From Candidatus Geocrenenecus dongiae (lineage in GTDB: Archaea > Thermoproteota > Nitrososphaeria_A > Caldarchaeales > Wolframiiraptoraceae): a stretch of DNA of 64,000 bases. Positions 20,522-29,080 of the stretch are shown here, piece by piece (the first letter of the stretch is position 1; each line of letters starts with the position of its first letter). Under the pieces are notes generated by a model, which did no database searches, was not told where the DNA came from, and was given only the letters and a program-made list of their open reading frames with translations. The translations under genes were made by a program, and so were the position numbers. Where the stretch lies: assembly GCA_023267855.1 (NCBI GenBank), contig JALNLN010000001.1, forward strand, positions 23,620 to 87,619, given 5' to 3'.

Positions 20522-21697
20522 TCAGTAGTACTTTATATTCCTCTTCTTTATATAATCATATACTTTCTTAGCAGTCTTCTCCATGCCAAATGCTTTAATG
20601 TGTAGCAGTGTATCAGCATATGCTTTAGCTCTTATCGCTTCTCTCGTTTCATCACTTATCTTCTCAAGATCTTGGAAGAATTCTTTTATAGCATACTTAC
20701 AATTCTCTACAAATATCTCAGCTTCTGACACTCCTTCTCTACCATACTTTTCTAACGTCCATCTATATATTCTTCTGAAGAGTTCTGGTTCATATATTCT
20801 CAATATTTCAAATACCGTTAACATGTAGTATGTTGCAACGTTCCCTTTATTTATCATGCCTTTTGGAAATACTTCAGCTATTAGGTATAATGGTGTTCCA
20901 CTTACACCATGTTGAACTATTCTTGTTGGATAACCCTGACTCCATAATGCTTCAACTATTTCTACTGTTCTCTTCAAGTTTATTCCTAGTTGTGGAATTA
21001 TATTTCCCTGTGGGTCTACTGATACTCCATGTTTTGAACCGTTGTTTATTGCAAGCCAATGTATATCTATCCCGTTTTCCTTCATCGTTTTAATATAGTA
21101 TAATGCTTCTTCAACTTCTGTTAATTCACTTTTACCGATTTCACCTACTTCTCCTTCTCTTCCATAATTTCTACTGCCTATCTTTTCATCTATGTATCTA
21201 AATAACTCTACACCAACTTCTACAATTTTACTCAACTGTTCAGGTACAGTATCCTTACTCAAATCGAAAAGGTATGATGTATCAATTGCATAACTTGTAA
21301 ACCCTGCTTCAATTCTCGCATCTAGTTCTCTCTTCACATTTTCTATCTCTTCACTGGTTCCCTTCTTAACGACCACGTGATCCGCATGTAGAGTGTAGCC
21401 AAACCAATCTACATTCTCAGCTGCTTTCCTAACTCTTTCCGCAAAAGTTTTAGGAGTAAGACCTGTATACCCACCTTTAAGATTCATCTCGGATAACGCT
21501 AACTCTAAGATTACAACGTTCTCTGTATCTTTCGCTGCTTTAAGAACTCCTTCTACAACCTCGATAGTTAGTCTAGGATTAACTGCTAAAATAATCTCTC
21601 TAGGAGGAGTTAACGCTTCAAATAATATATTCCCAGGTATCGGATCTCTAAATTCTTCAAAGAAAGAAATATATTCAGGTTTCATACTATGCTCCAT
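20522..21697 (-). CDS. fba: Class II (metal-dependent) fructose/tagatose-bisphosphate aldolase
   Basis: HADH, EGEVGEIG, GSKHG, QHGVSG, KGNVAT motifs. Confidence 0.82.
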   Translation of the reverse strand: MEHSMKPEYISFFEEFRDPIPGNILFEALTPPREIILAVNPRLTIEVVEGVLKAAKDTENVVILELALSEMNLKGGYTGLTPKTFAERVRKAAENVDWFGYTLHADHVVVKKGTSEEIENVKRELDARIEAGFTSYAIDTSYLFDLSKDTVPEQLSKIVEVGVELFRYIDEKIGSRNYGREGEVGEIGKSELTEVEEALYYIKTMKENGIDIHWLAINNGSKHGVSVDPQGNIIPQLGINLKRTVEIVEALWSQGYPTRIVQHGVSGTPLYLIAEVFPKGMINKGNVATYYMLTVFEILRIYEPELFRRIYRWTLEKYGREGVSEAEIFVENCKYAIKEFFQDLEKISDETREAIRAKAYADTLLHIKAFGMEKTAKKVYDYIKKRNIKYY

Positions 21698-21987
21698 ACT
21701 TTATACATTTATGCATAAGAAAAATATAAATATTCATTTCTCTCAAAAACATAAGTTAAACTGTTTTTCAAAAAGATGAGAATACTCTTAGTTACATTGA
21801 GATAGGAGAAAATATTATCTGAGTAAATCTCAGACCAACCACTTCCAGAACTCTTCTAACAACATGCACCTTCAACCCAGAGAAGGATCGCCAGGAAGTA
21901 AAATCATAATCTAAGAATATGTTATAAATAGAAAACGTAACAATGAAAAGAAACCGTATTTAAGAAAAATAGATTTGAAGAGTTTAT

Positions 21988-22059
21988 TGGACCGGGCGGG
22001 ATTTGAACCCGCGACCTCCCGCGTGCAAGGCGGGCGATCTCCCACTGATCTACCGGCCC
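21988..22059 (-). tRNA. tRNA-Ala(TGC)
   Basis: Reverse complement GGGCCGGTAGATCAGTGGGAGATCGCCCGCCT-TGC-ACGCGGGAGGTCGCGGGTTCAAATCCCGCCCGGTCCA; G3:U70 pair. Confidence 0.95.
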
Positions 22060-22100
22060 ACGATAATAATTGTTTAATAAGCTGTATTTAGCTATTTGAC

Positions 22101-22490
22101 TTATTTCTTCCTGGCTGATTGTTCCCTATAGAGTTGCCGGTAGGGGGAGCTTCTTTCCAGTATCTTGTCGAGTGCTTCATCTAAAGTCTTCTTTAGTTAG
22201 AACTAAGACTTAAACTCGAGAAATTATTTTTAGAACTCGGTCTGTTGTTGCAATTAAATATTCAAATCCGAATCCTTATGTTACTGTCGTAGTAACAGTT
22301 CTCATCGAACTCGAGTAGTTTTATAACTTCTAAACTATTTCTTAGTTGTTTTACAGCTTGTTACAAAAACTTTTCTTCGCTAGTGGTTGTTTTGATAAAG
22401 ATTGTAGGTGGAGTAGATGTTCTAGTAGTTGTCATGGTCTCTGTAGTTGCATTCATTTTAGTTTTTCAGGAAATAAAAAGAAAAGTAGTA
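22101..22490 (-). pseudogene. Probable decayed gene for a surface protein with Thr-rich linker
   Basis: One frame reads SVCTTFLFIS*KTKMNATTETMTTTRTSTPPTIFIKTTTSEEKFL*QAVKQLRNSLEVIKLLEFDENCYYDS; a shifted frame ends KKTLDEALDKILERSSPYRQLYREQSARKK*. Boundaries approximate. Confidence 0.4.
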
Positions 22491-22524
22491 CATACTGATT
22501 TTATGTGTTCAGAGTATTGTTTAT

Positions 22525-22547
22525 ATATTGGATGGAGGATCCATCCA
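22525..22547. promoter_or_regulatory. Palindromic operator candidate TGGATGGA-N3-TCCATCCA between TATA box and ATG
   Basis: TTTATAT(A) directly followed by TGGATGGA-GGA-TCCATCCA, 3 nt before ATG 22551; second copy at 59201-59227. Confidence 0.7.
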
Positions 22548-22550
22548 TAG

Positions 22551-23327
22551 ATGATCAAAGTTCGGGGTTTGAGTTTTAGTTATGGGGATGTTAAGGTTTT
22601 AGAAGATATTTCTTTCGAGGTTGATTATGGTGAGTTTGTGGGTGTTATTGGTCCGAACGGTTCTGGTAAGACTACTTTATTGAAGTGTCTCTGTAGGCTT
22701 CTTAAACCTTTAGGTGTAGTCTACTTGGATGGTGAGAAGATTTCTGAGATGACTCATGATAAGCTTGCTAGACTTCTCTCATATATTTCTTCTGAAAATG
22801 ATTCTTCAGTAAATAGTATGAGTGTCTTCGATATAGTTTCAACTGGTAGAACACCTTACATGAAGAAGTTTTGGTGGGAGAGTGTTGAAGATGAAGAAAT
22901 AATTTTCAAGTCTATTGAAATTGTAGGACTAAAAGATCTATACAAGAAACGTGTGGGAGAGTTGAGTAGTGGAGAAAAACAGATGGTTAAGATAGCTAGA
23001 GCTCTCTCTCAGTCTCCCAAAATATTCCTCGTAGATGAGCCTACCGTACATCTTGATCTAAAACACCAATTAGAAGTAATGAACATCTTAAAGAACTTAA
23101 CTGTTAGAGAAGGTAAGATAGTTATTGCCGTCCTACATGATCTAAACTTAGCATCCATATACGCTGACAAAATACTAGTACTAAATAATGGTAGGATAAT
23201 CGCGCAGGGAAAACCATATGAAGTCTTAAGAGAAGAACTCTTAGGAAGAGTTTATGGAGTTAAGGTAAGAGTAATTGTTGATTCTGAGTTTGAACAGCCC
23301 ATCATAATACCGTATCTGGGAAGATAG
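22551..23327 (+). CDS. Fe-siderophore/cobalamin ABC transporter ATPase (FecE/BtuD-like), orphan
   Basis: GPNGSGKTT, LSSGE, DEPTVHLD, VLHDLNLA, G.P.EVL..ELL..VYGV. Confidence 0.9.
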   Translation: MIKVRGLSFSYGDVKVLEDISFEVDYGEFVGVIGPNGSGKTTLLKCLCRLLKPLGVVYLDGEKISEMTHDKLARLLSYISSENDSSVNSMSVFDIVSTGRTPYMKKFWWESVEDEEIIFKSIEIVGLKDLYKKRVGELSSGEKQMVKIARALSQSPKIFLVDEPTVHLDLKHQLEVMNILKNLTVREGKIVIAVLHDLNLASIYADKILVLNNGRIIAQGKPYEVLREELLGRVYGVKVRVIVDSEFEQPIIIPYLGR

Positions 23328-23345
23328 TTCTCTAGATCTATCATC

Positions 23346-24701
23346 TTACCCACTACTTTCTTTCACATTTTCTACTTCTATTACAGCTAACTGTATTTTC
23401 AGTGGTTTATTGTTTATTGCTTCAGCAATGTTTGGTTTCGTTCTTCCATTATCACCATCTATCAGCTCTTTCACATATAACCCGCCTTGAGCTTTAATCT
23501 TAAATTTTACAATCTTTTCAGATAACCTTTCAACTTCAACATAGTATAGCTTCTTCTTTCTAAGTTTATCAGAACGTCTCTTCAGAACTCTAGTTGGAGT
23601 CCATTGATCTATAATTATGTCTCTAAATTTTTCTCGTATTGATGCTAGATCTTCTTCCTTCACATCTCTCTCAAATTCTACTATGGCCTCATATGTCTTG
23701 GAGGCTATTGGCGATGAACTTTTAAGTATTCTTAGTTCACGCCTACTTGAATATTCTAATCCTGAAACTTCTATCTTACCAGCTGCTTCAAGATTGATCT
23801 TTTCTTCTAGTTTCTTTAAATCTACGTTCCTTTTACGTGGATGTTTTAATTCTAGTACGAATGGTCTACCTGTTCCTAGAACAATAGCATCTACATCTTC
23901 TCTACCAGCTCCGTGAAATTTGTAGCTTAGAGCTTCAAATACTTCTACTGAAATATTTCCTATAAGCTCACTTATAGATTCAGGATATTCTCTACCGGTA
24001 AAGTTGCATTTTTGGCATCCTCTCCCCCAGCAGTTTCTACAGATCCATGGCGTTTGTGGAAGATCTCTTACAAGTTTCCTGTATCTACCTTTAATAAATA
24101 CGGGGTTTACTATTAATTCATAAGAATCTGTATTTAGATCTACGATTACAACTATATCCGGTGTAGAGTATTCTACTTTTTTGCCAGTTTCTTTTACGAG
24201 AAATCTACCAATCACACGGGTTACATCTTCTTTTATATCTTCTCCAGTAGTTAGCATATATTCTGATCGTATTGAGTCTTCTCTCTCTCTAACATCGGTA
24301 GGAACTCTAGCACCAACCAAGAAATTGTTAAATTCATATTCTTCTAGATCTTTAAGTATTTTTACTGAAAGTTCTCTTAACTTGTCTCTATTTAGGATTC
24401 CTCTACAGATATAACATAGTTCTTTCTGGGGGATTTCATATTTTTGCATTTCGAGGAATTGTACGGCTGGCTGGAATCCCGTAGCTGCTAAACATTTCAT
24501 TAATTTTAAGGCTTCTTCTATATACCCTATCTTGAAGATACTGTGAGCATGCATGTAGAGTATGGTTTTCAGTATTCTGCCTTTCTCATCATTCGGTATC
24601 CCGGCACCTATCGATGCAAACTGTCTTCCCAGACAGTAATCGCATAAACAATACTTGCTGAGAATCTTCATACATAACTCTATTATTTCATATATGTTCA
24701 A
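23346..24701 (-). CDS. pus10: tRNA pseudouridine(54/55) synthase Pus10
   Basis: CDYCLGR and CYIC Zn site, GRYRKLVRDLPQTPW, HGAGREDVD, GRPF, GGLYVKELI.GD.GRT.P. Confidence 0.95.
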   Translation of the reverse strand: MNIYEIIELCMKILSKYCLCDYCLGRQFASIGAGIPNDEKGRILKTILYMHAHSIFKIGYIEEALKLMKCLAATGFQPAVQFLEMQKYEIPQKELCYICRGILNRDKLRELSVKILKDLEEYEFNNFLVGARVPTDVREREDSIRSEYMLTTGEDIKEDVTRVIGRFLVKETGKKVEYSTPDIVVIVDLNTDSYELIVNPVFIKGRYRKLVRDLPQTPWICRNCWGRGCQKCNFTGREYPESISELIGNISVEVFEALSYKFHGAGREDVDAIVLGTGRPFVLELKHPRKRNVDLKKLEEKINLEAAGKIEVSGLEYSSRRELRILKSSSPIASKTYEAIVEFERDVKEEDLASIREKFRDIIIDQWTPTRVLKRRSDKLRKKKLYYVEVERLSEKIVKFKIKAQGGLYVKELIDGDNGRTKPNIAEAINNKPLKIQLAVIEVENVKESSG

Positions 24702-24720
24702 ATCACAACACCTCTATAAC

Positions 24721-26034
24721 TCATGTTGGTAGAAACTTTTTCGGAAGCCTCCTAGCCGTCTTCATAAACTTCTTCATCATTCTATACTGGTTAAGAAGAT
24801 TCTTTACGTCACGTTCACTAGTACCGGAACCTCTCGCAATTCTCTTAATTCTAGACGAATTCAATATGTGGGGGTTAGCTCTCTCTTCTGGTGTCATAGA
24901 GTTTAGTATCGCATCCCACTTCTCAATCTGTTTCTCAGCATTTCTTAAAACTTCTTCAGGAACATTTGGTAACCCTGGGATAGGTAGTCTAGATAGGAGT
25001 TTAGAGAAGGGGCCAGTCTTCCTAATTTCTCTTAATTGTTTAACAAATTGTTCTAATGTAAATTCGCCACGCATGAATGCTTCAGCTTGTTTTTCATCTA
25101 TTTCTAGTTCTGCTAACTTAAACTTCTCTATCAATCCCTTGATATCCCCCAAACCTAGAAGTCTGCCCACGTATCCAACTGGATCAAATAATTCTATTTC
25201 ATCTATTTTCTCTCCTGTTCCAATAAATTTTATCCTCGCTCTAGTTACAGCTATGGCTGATAATGCACCTCCACCTTTCGCAGAAGTATCTACTTTTGTT
25301 AAGAATATTGAGCCTATGGGTGCAGCTTTATGGAATGCTTCAGCATGTGCTCCGGCTTGTTGACCTATCCCAGCATCTATTACAAGCATAACTTCATCTG
25401 GCTTAATAGCTTCCTGGAGTTTCTTCATCTCTTCCATAAGAGTTTCCTGACTTTTATGTCTACCAGCTGTATCTATCAAGATAGTCTTAATGCCTTCAGA
25501 TGTAAACTTCTCTACACCTCTTTTCACAATTTCAACAACGTCTTCAATACCATCAGCCTTGAATACAGGTATACCTGTATCTTTCAATAATTGTTCGAGT
25601 TGAATGCTTGCTGCAGGTCTGTATGTGTCTGCACAGATTACACCAACCTTGTACCCATGTTTCTTCAAATAATATGCTAGCTTAGCTGTGCTCGTAGTTT
25701 TACCGAATCCTTGAATCCCAACCATCATTAGCACATATCTTCTATCTTTTGGTAGGTCTAGTCTAGCAGGTTCTTCACCAATAAGCTTAACAAGCTCATC
25801 GTAAAGAATCTTTAAGAGATGTTCTTTTTTCGACAACCCTGTCGGTATCTTCTCCTGGACAGCCCTCTTCCTAATATTTTCAGAAATCTTCTGTACAAGC
25901 TCTACACTTACATCTGAAATTAGTAATGAACGTTGAATATCTCTAATAAACTCATTTAACGTCTTCTCATCAACACTCGTCGAAGACATAAGCTTACTAA
26001 CAGCTTTCCTAAGTAGCTCACTGAGAGAAGTCAT
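24721..26034 (-). CDS. srp54: Signal recognition particle protein Srp54
   Basis: GIQGFGKTT, DTYRPAA, DTAGRH, TKVD..AKGGGALS, M domain SMTPEER..P, SRIKRIARGSG. Start placed at M51 of the track ORF (26049 is an alternative). Confidence 0.95.
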   Translation of the reverse strand: MTSLSELLRKAVSKLMSSTSVDEKTLNEFIRDIQRSLLISDVSVELVQKISENIRKRAVQEKIPTGLSKKEHLLKILYDELVKLIGEEPARLDLPKDRRYVLMMVGIQGFGKTTSTAKLAYYLKKHGYKVGVICADTYRPAASIQLEQLLKDTGIPVFKADGIEDVVEIVKRGVEKFTSEGIKTILIDTAGRHKSQETLMEEMKKLQEAIKPDEVMLVIDAGIGQQAGAHAEAFHKAAPIGSIFLTKVDTSAKGGGALSAIAVTRARIKFIGTGEKIDEIELFDPVGYVGRLLGLGDIKGLIEKFKLAELEIDEKQAEAFMRGEFTLEQFVKQLREIRKTGPFSKLLSRLPIPGLPNVPEEVLRNAEKQIEKWDAILNSMTPEERANPHILNSSRIKRIARGSGTSERDVKNLLNQYRMMKKFMKTARRLPKKFLPT

Positions 26035-26272
26035 CCTAAAACATAACATACCTTCCTCTATTAATTCTTGTCGTAGAACACTCCTAAACCAAAGGAAAAC
26101 GCTAGTAACATAGGATAGAATAAAACCATACTCTACAAGTGGATGAAAAAGAACCCCAACCCAGAACACATAAAATAGATTCAATAAAAATTCTTTTGTG
26201 TAAACGGAAAATGAATATACTGGGATCCTGGATTCTAACTTTATATTTCAGCAATTACTAAAATAGAAAATA

Positions 26273-26345
26273 GGGCCGGTAGATCAGCTGGGAGATCGCC
26301 CGCTTGGCGTGCGGGAGGTCGCGGGTTCAAATCCCGCCCGGTCCA
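26273..26345 (+). tRNA. tRNA-Ala(GGC)
   Basis: GGGCCGGTAGATCAGCTGGGAGATCGCCCGCTT-GGC-GTGCGGGAGGTCGCGGGTTCAAATCCCGCCCGGTCCA; TTTATAT box about 33 nt upstream. Confidence 0.95.
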
Positions 26346-26586
26346 ATAACCCACTCTTTTCTGCATACCATTAAAGCTTTCTAATGGATAATTCATCAAA
26401 CTTTTTAGATGATGATTAAATTTGAAATGGTATGAGTTGATTCTTAAACCTTGACATCGATCTCCTTTCCAGAACTTAAGATACGTGGATCTCGTTTCTC
26501 TTTTAATCTTATATATGGAGTAGGATTATGAAGAGATGTAAGAGTTTATGTTAAGCTACCTTGCCGTAAGTTTTATTTTACTACAT

Positions 26587-27531
26587 TTATTCTAAGTTCT
26601 TGATTGCTGCGCCTAACGTACTTGGTTTCGTTATTATGCCTCTTGCTTCTACATTATTTTCTTCGAATTTACTGATTATTTCTTTGAGTAGGTTTTCTGC
26701 TTTTTCCGGGTATGTTATTGCGAAGACTGAGGGTCCCGCCCCACTTATACTGAATCCTAGTGCACCTGATTTTAATGCATGTTCTTTTATTTTGTGAAAG
26801 CTTGGTATCATGATGCTTCGAGCAGGTTCAACTACGTAGTCTCTGCTAATTGCTTCTCCCATCATTTCTAGATCTCCTCTCATTATACCTATTATTAGAC
26901 GTGCCAAGCTTGCTTGCTGTTTCGTCATTAATTCTAAGCTCACATTCTTTGGGAGAAGACTTCTAGCATACTCAGTCTTATTCTTTGGAAGATAGACTTT
27001 CGGTGTAACTAAGACTATAGAGAAGTCTACTGAAGGTTTTATGTTAAAGATTACTGGTTTCTCTACATCCAGTATCATCGTGAATCCACCATAAAGAGCC
27101 GGAGCAACATTATCTAGATGAGGTGAACCACATGCAGCTCTCTCTCCTTCTGCTGCAAGTTTAACTAATAGCTCCATCGGAAGTTTTCCTCCTAGAATTG
27201 TGTTCATGGCGTAGGCTGCTGCGGCTGAAGAAGCTCCAGAACTTCCAAGCCCTATGCCTACTGGAACATTCTTGGTTAAATTCATTCTAAACCCTCTTCT
27301 CACACCTAAATACTCCATGACTTTTAATGCTGAAACTACTGCTGAATTCTTCTCTGGTTCTTCTGATATTTCTACGCCTGTATTATTTACTAGCTCGAAT
27401 TCTATCTTATTATCTTCTCTCAGCTCTAATCTAACTATATCTCTAAATCCTTCTATGGCTAGACCAACTATATCAAACCCTGGTCCTAGATTTGCAATTG
27501 TGGCTGGAGCAGATACTTCCACCACTCTCAT
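26587..27531 (-). CDS. thrB: Homoserine kinase
   Basis: PATIANLGPGFD, PVGIGLGSSGAS, HLDNVAPAL.GG, ISGAGPS. Confidence 0.93.
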   Translation of the reverse strand: MRVVEVSAPATIANLGPGFDIVGLAIEGFRDIVRLELREDNKIEFELVNNTGVEISEEPEKNSAVVSALKVMEYLGVRRGFRMNLTKNVPVGIGLGSSGASSAAAAYAMNTILGGKLPMELLVKLAAEGERAACGSPHLDNVAPALYGGFTMILDVEKPVIFNIKPSVDFSIVLVTPKVYLPKNKTEYARSLLPKNVSLELMTKQQASLARLIIGIMRGDLEMMGEAISRDYVVEPARSIMIPSFHKIKEHALKSGALGFSISGAGPSVFAITYPEKAENLLKEIISKFEENNVEARGIITKPSTLGAAIKNLE

Positions 27532-27629
27532 ATCTTATAAGATAATTCTTAAATTGGTTTCTGATAAAGATGTTCATCTCTACCGATATAGACGATAAGT
27601 TTAATAGTCTTCCAAGTTTCTTGTTCTCT

Positions 27630-28598
27630 GTGAGTAACGTTGATTATGATGTAGTGGTTGTAGGAGCTGGGATAGCGGGACTTACAGCAGCAATATATGC
27701 TTCTAGACAGAAGCTTAGAACATTGATAATAGCTAAAGATATTGGTGGACAATTAAATATAACACCAGCTATAGAGAACTATCCAGGATTCAAGGTTGTA
27801 TCGGGTAGTGAATTGATACAGAGAATTTACGATCAAGTTCAAGCTTTAGGAGTTGAGATACTCTTCGATGAAGTAGTAGGTATAGAAGATTCAGAAGGCA
27901 TCTTCCTAGTTAAGACTAAAGATGGATACGAGTTTACTTCAGAAACAGTTATACTAGCATTTGGAAAAACTCCTAGAGAAATGAATGTTCCAGGTGAGAG
28001 AGAGCTTAAAGGTAGAGGTGTAAGCTACTGTGCAATATGTGATGCACCTCTTTTCCAGAATAAACGTGTAGCAGTCGTTGGTTGGGGGCCACAAGCATTT
28101 GAAGCAGTCTCACTCTTATGCAGATACAACAACTATGTATACCTAATTCATAGAGGCAGAAGTAAACTAGAATTAGAGAAAATACCAGAGAAATGTAGAG
28201 AAAGATTTGAAGAATATCCTGAAACAATTGTAAGAGAAGTTAGAGGCGATGCTAAAATTAGATCTATAGTTTTGGAAAGTTTAGAAAATGGGAAGATCTG
28301 GGAGCTTGAGGTCGATGGCGTATTTGTAGAACTTGGGTATGAAATGAAGACAGAGTGGTTGAGAGGTTTTGTAGAGCTGAGTAGAGAGGGAGAGATAATT
28401 GTAGATATGCTTGGAAGAACGAGTAGAGAAGGAGTATTCGCAGCCGGAGATGTAACAAACATACCATACAAACAAGCAGTAATCTCTGCAGGGCAGGGAG
28501 CAATAGCTGCACTCTCAGCATACAACTATATACAGGAAAAGAAAGGAGGCGCAAAGATAAAATCAGATTGGAGGGAAATATTCAGGAAAGATGTATAA
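27630..28598 (+). CDS. trxB: Thioredoxin reductase family FAD-dependent oxidoreductase
   Basis: GAGIAG, IENYPG, GVSYCAICD, GVFAAGD; GTG start at 27630 preferred. The NADPH-binding motif is altered (GWGPQA). Confidence 0.88.
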   Translation: MSNVDYDVVVVGAGIAGLTAAIYASRQKLRTLIIAKDIGGQLNITPAIENYPGFKVVSGSELIQRIYDQVQALGVEILFDEVVGIEDSEGIFLVKTKDGYEFTSETVILAFGKTPREMNVPGERELKGRGVSYCAICDAPLFQNKRVAVVGWGPQAFEAVSLLCRYNNYVYLIHRGRSKLELEKIPEKCRERFEEYPETIVREVRGDAKIRSIVLESLENGKIWELEVDGVFVELGYEMKTEWLRGFVELSREGEIIVDMLGRTSREGVFAAGDVTNIPYKQAVISAGQGAIAALSAYNYIQEKKGGAKIKSDWREIFRKDV

Positions 28599-28627
28599 CG
28601 TCTTACAAACTTTTATAGATAGTCTCT

Positions 28628-28816
28628 TTAAGTGATGAGCGCTATGAGACTGAAGATTGCGATAAACCCTAGTAGAAATATTGTGATAATGTTTAGTAAG
28701 GGATAGACCCATTCGATAGTTGAGACTAGATAGAGAAAGTAGACAGATAGACAGAAAACAATACCACACAGTATCTTGAGAATAATATTTACGAAACTCT
28801 GAACTCTAGCACCCAT
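28628..28816 (-). CDS. Possible small two-TM membrane protein
   Basis: 62-aa ATG ORF with two hydrophobic segments filling the gap after trxB; GGTTGA upstream; no recognised family. Confidence 0.4.
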   Translation of the reverse strand: MGARVQSFVNIILKILCGIVFCLSVYFLYLVSTIEWVYPLLNIITIFLLGFIAIFSLIALIT

Positions 28817-28946
28817 CTATATCAACCAAAAAGAAAAGAAAACCACAACCTATTAAACCCAAGCACCACATTTCCTAAAATTTTAAGAAAAAGGTTTAAT
28901 TATAACCATGAACAAAAATATCATCAAGCTCCAGAGGCAGAGAATT

Positions 28947-29030
28947 ATGGATAAAAATACCAAGACATTAAAGAAAGCAACAACATTCTTTTACAGCTTC
29001 TGGAGCTATAGGTATTTTACCCTAGCCTAA
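28947..29030 (+). CDS. Putative leader peptide MDKNTKTLKKATTFFYSFWSYRYFTLA (in-frame upstream ATG at 28908 gives 40 aa)
   Basis: Hand-translated. 8 aromatic codons within 11, plus 5 Thr and 4 Lys codons, immediately upstream of the ask-asd-aro operon; BRE/TATA-like GAAAAAGGTTTAATTA at about 28887-28902. Confidence 0.6.
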   Translation: MDKNTKTLKKATTFFYSFWSYRYFTLA

Positions 29031-29060
29031 AGGGCTAGGGTGTAAGTCTTTTATATTTTT
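29019..29060 (+). terminator. Attenuator/terminator-like hairpin plus U-tract
   Basis: ACCCTAGCC-TAAAG-GGCTAGGGT perfect 9-bp stem (29019-29041) followed by GTAAGTCTTTTATATTTTT. Confidence 0.6.
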
Positions 29061-29080
29061 CTGTTGGGGTGTGTTTTTGC

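Noticed and set aside
19330-21717. TATGCATA palindrome upstream of both pfk (19330-19337) and fba (21710-21717)
   Set aside because: Short and AT-rich, at different positions relative to the promoters; insufficient evidence.
21890-22115. GCCAGGAAG / CTTCCTGGC inverted pair flanking tRNA-Ala(TGC)
   Set aside because: Only a 9-bp core, no target-site duplication or transposase, and one arm lies in the pseudogene tail; likely chance.
22361-22456. Thr-rich mini-ORF as a threonine attenuator leader
   Set aside because: No Thr biosynthetic gene downstream and no terminator; better explained as a linker relic of a pseudogene.
26035-26184. Hydrophobic, aromatic-rich 50-aa N-terminal extension of Srp54 (similar extension on gatD, 48814-48852)
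   Set aside because: Arises from T/G-rich upstream DNA with no hairpin or separate ORF; homology starts at the internal start. Kept only as a caution for the leader-peptide call.
21988-26345. Two near-identical tRNA-Ala copies as att sites of an integrated element
   Set aside because: Both are complete isoacceptors (TGC, GGC) in opposite orientation enclosing housekeeping genes; no integrase.
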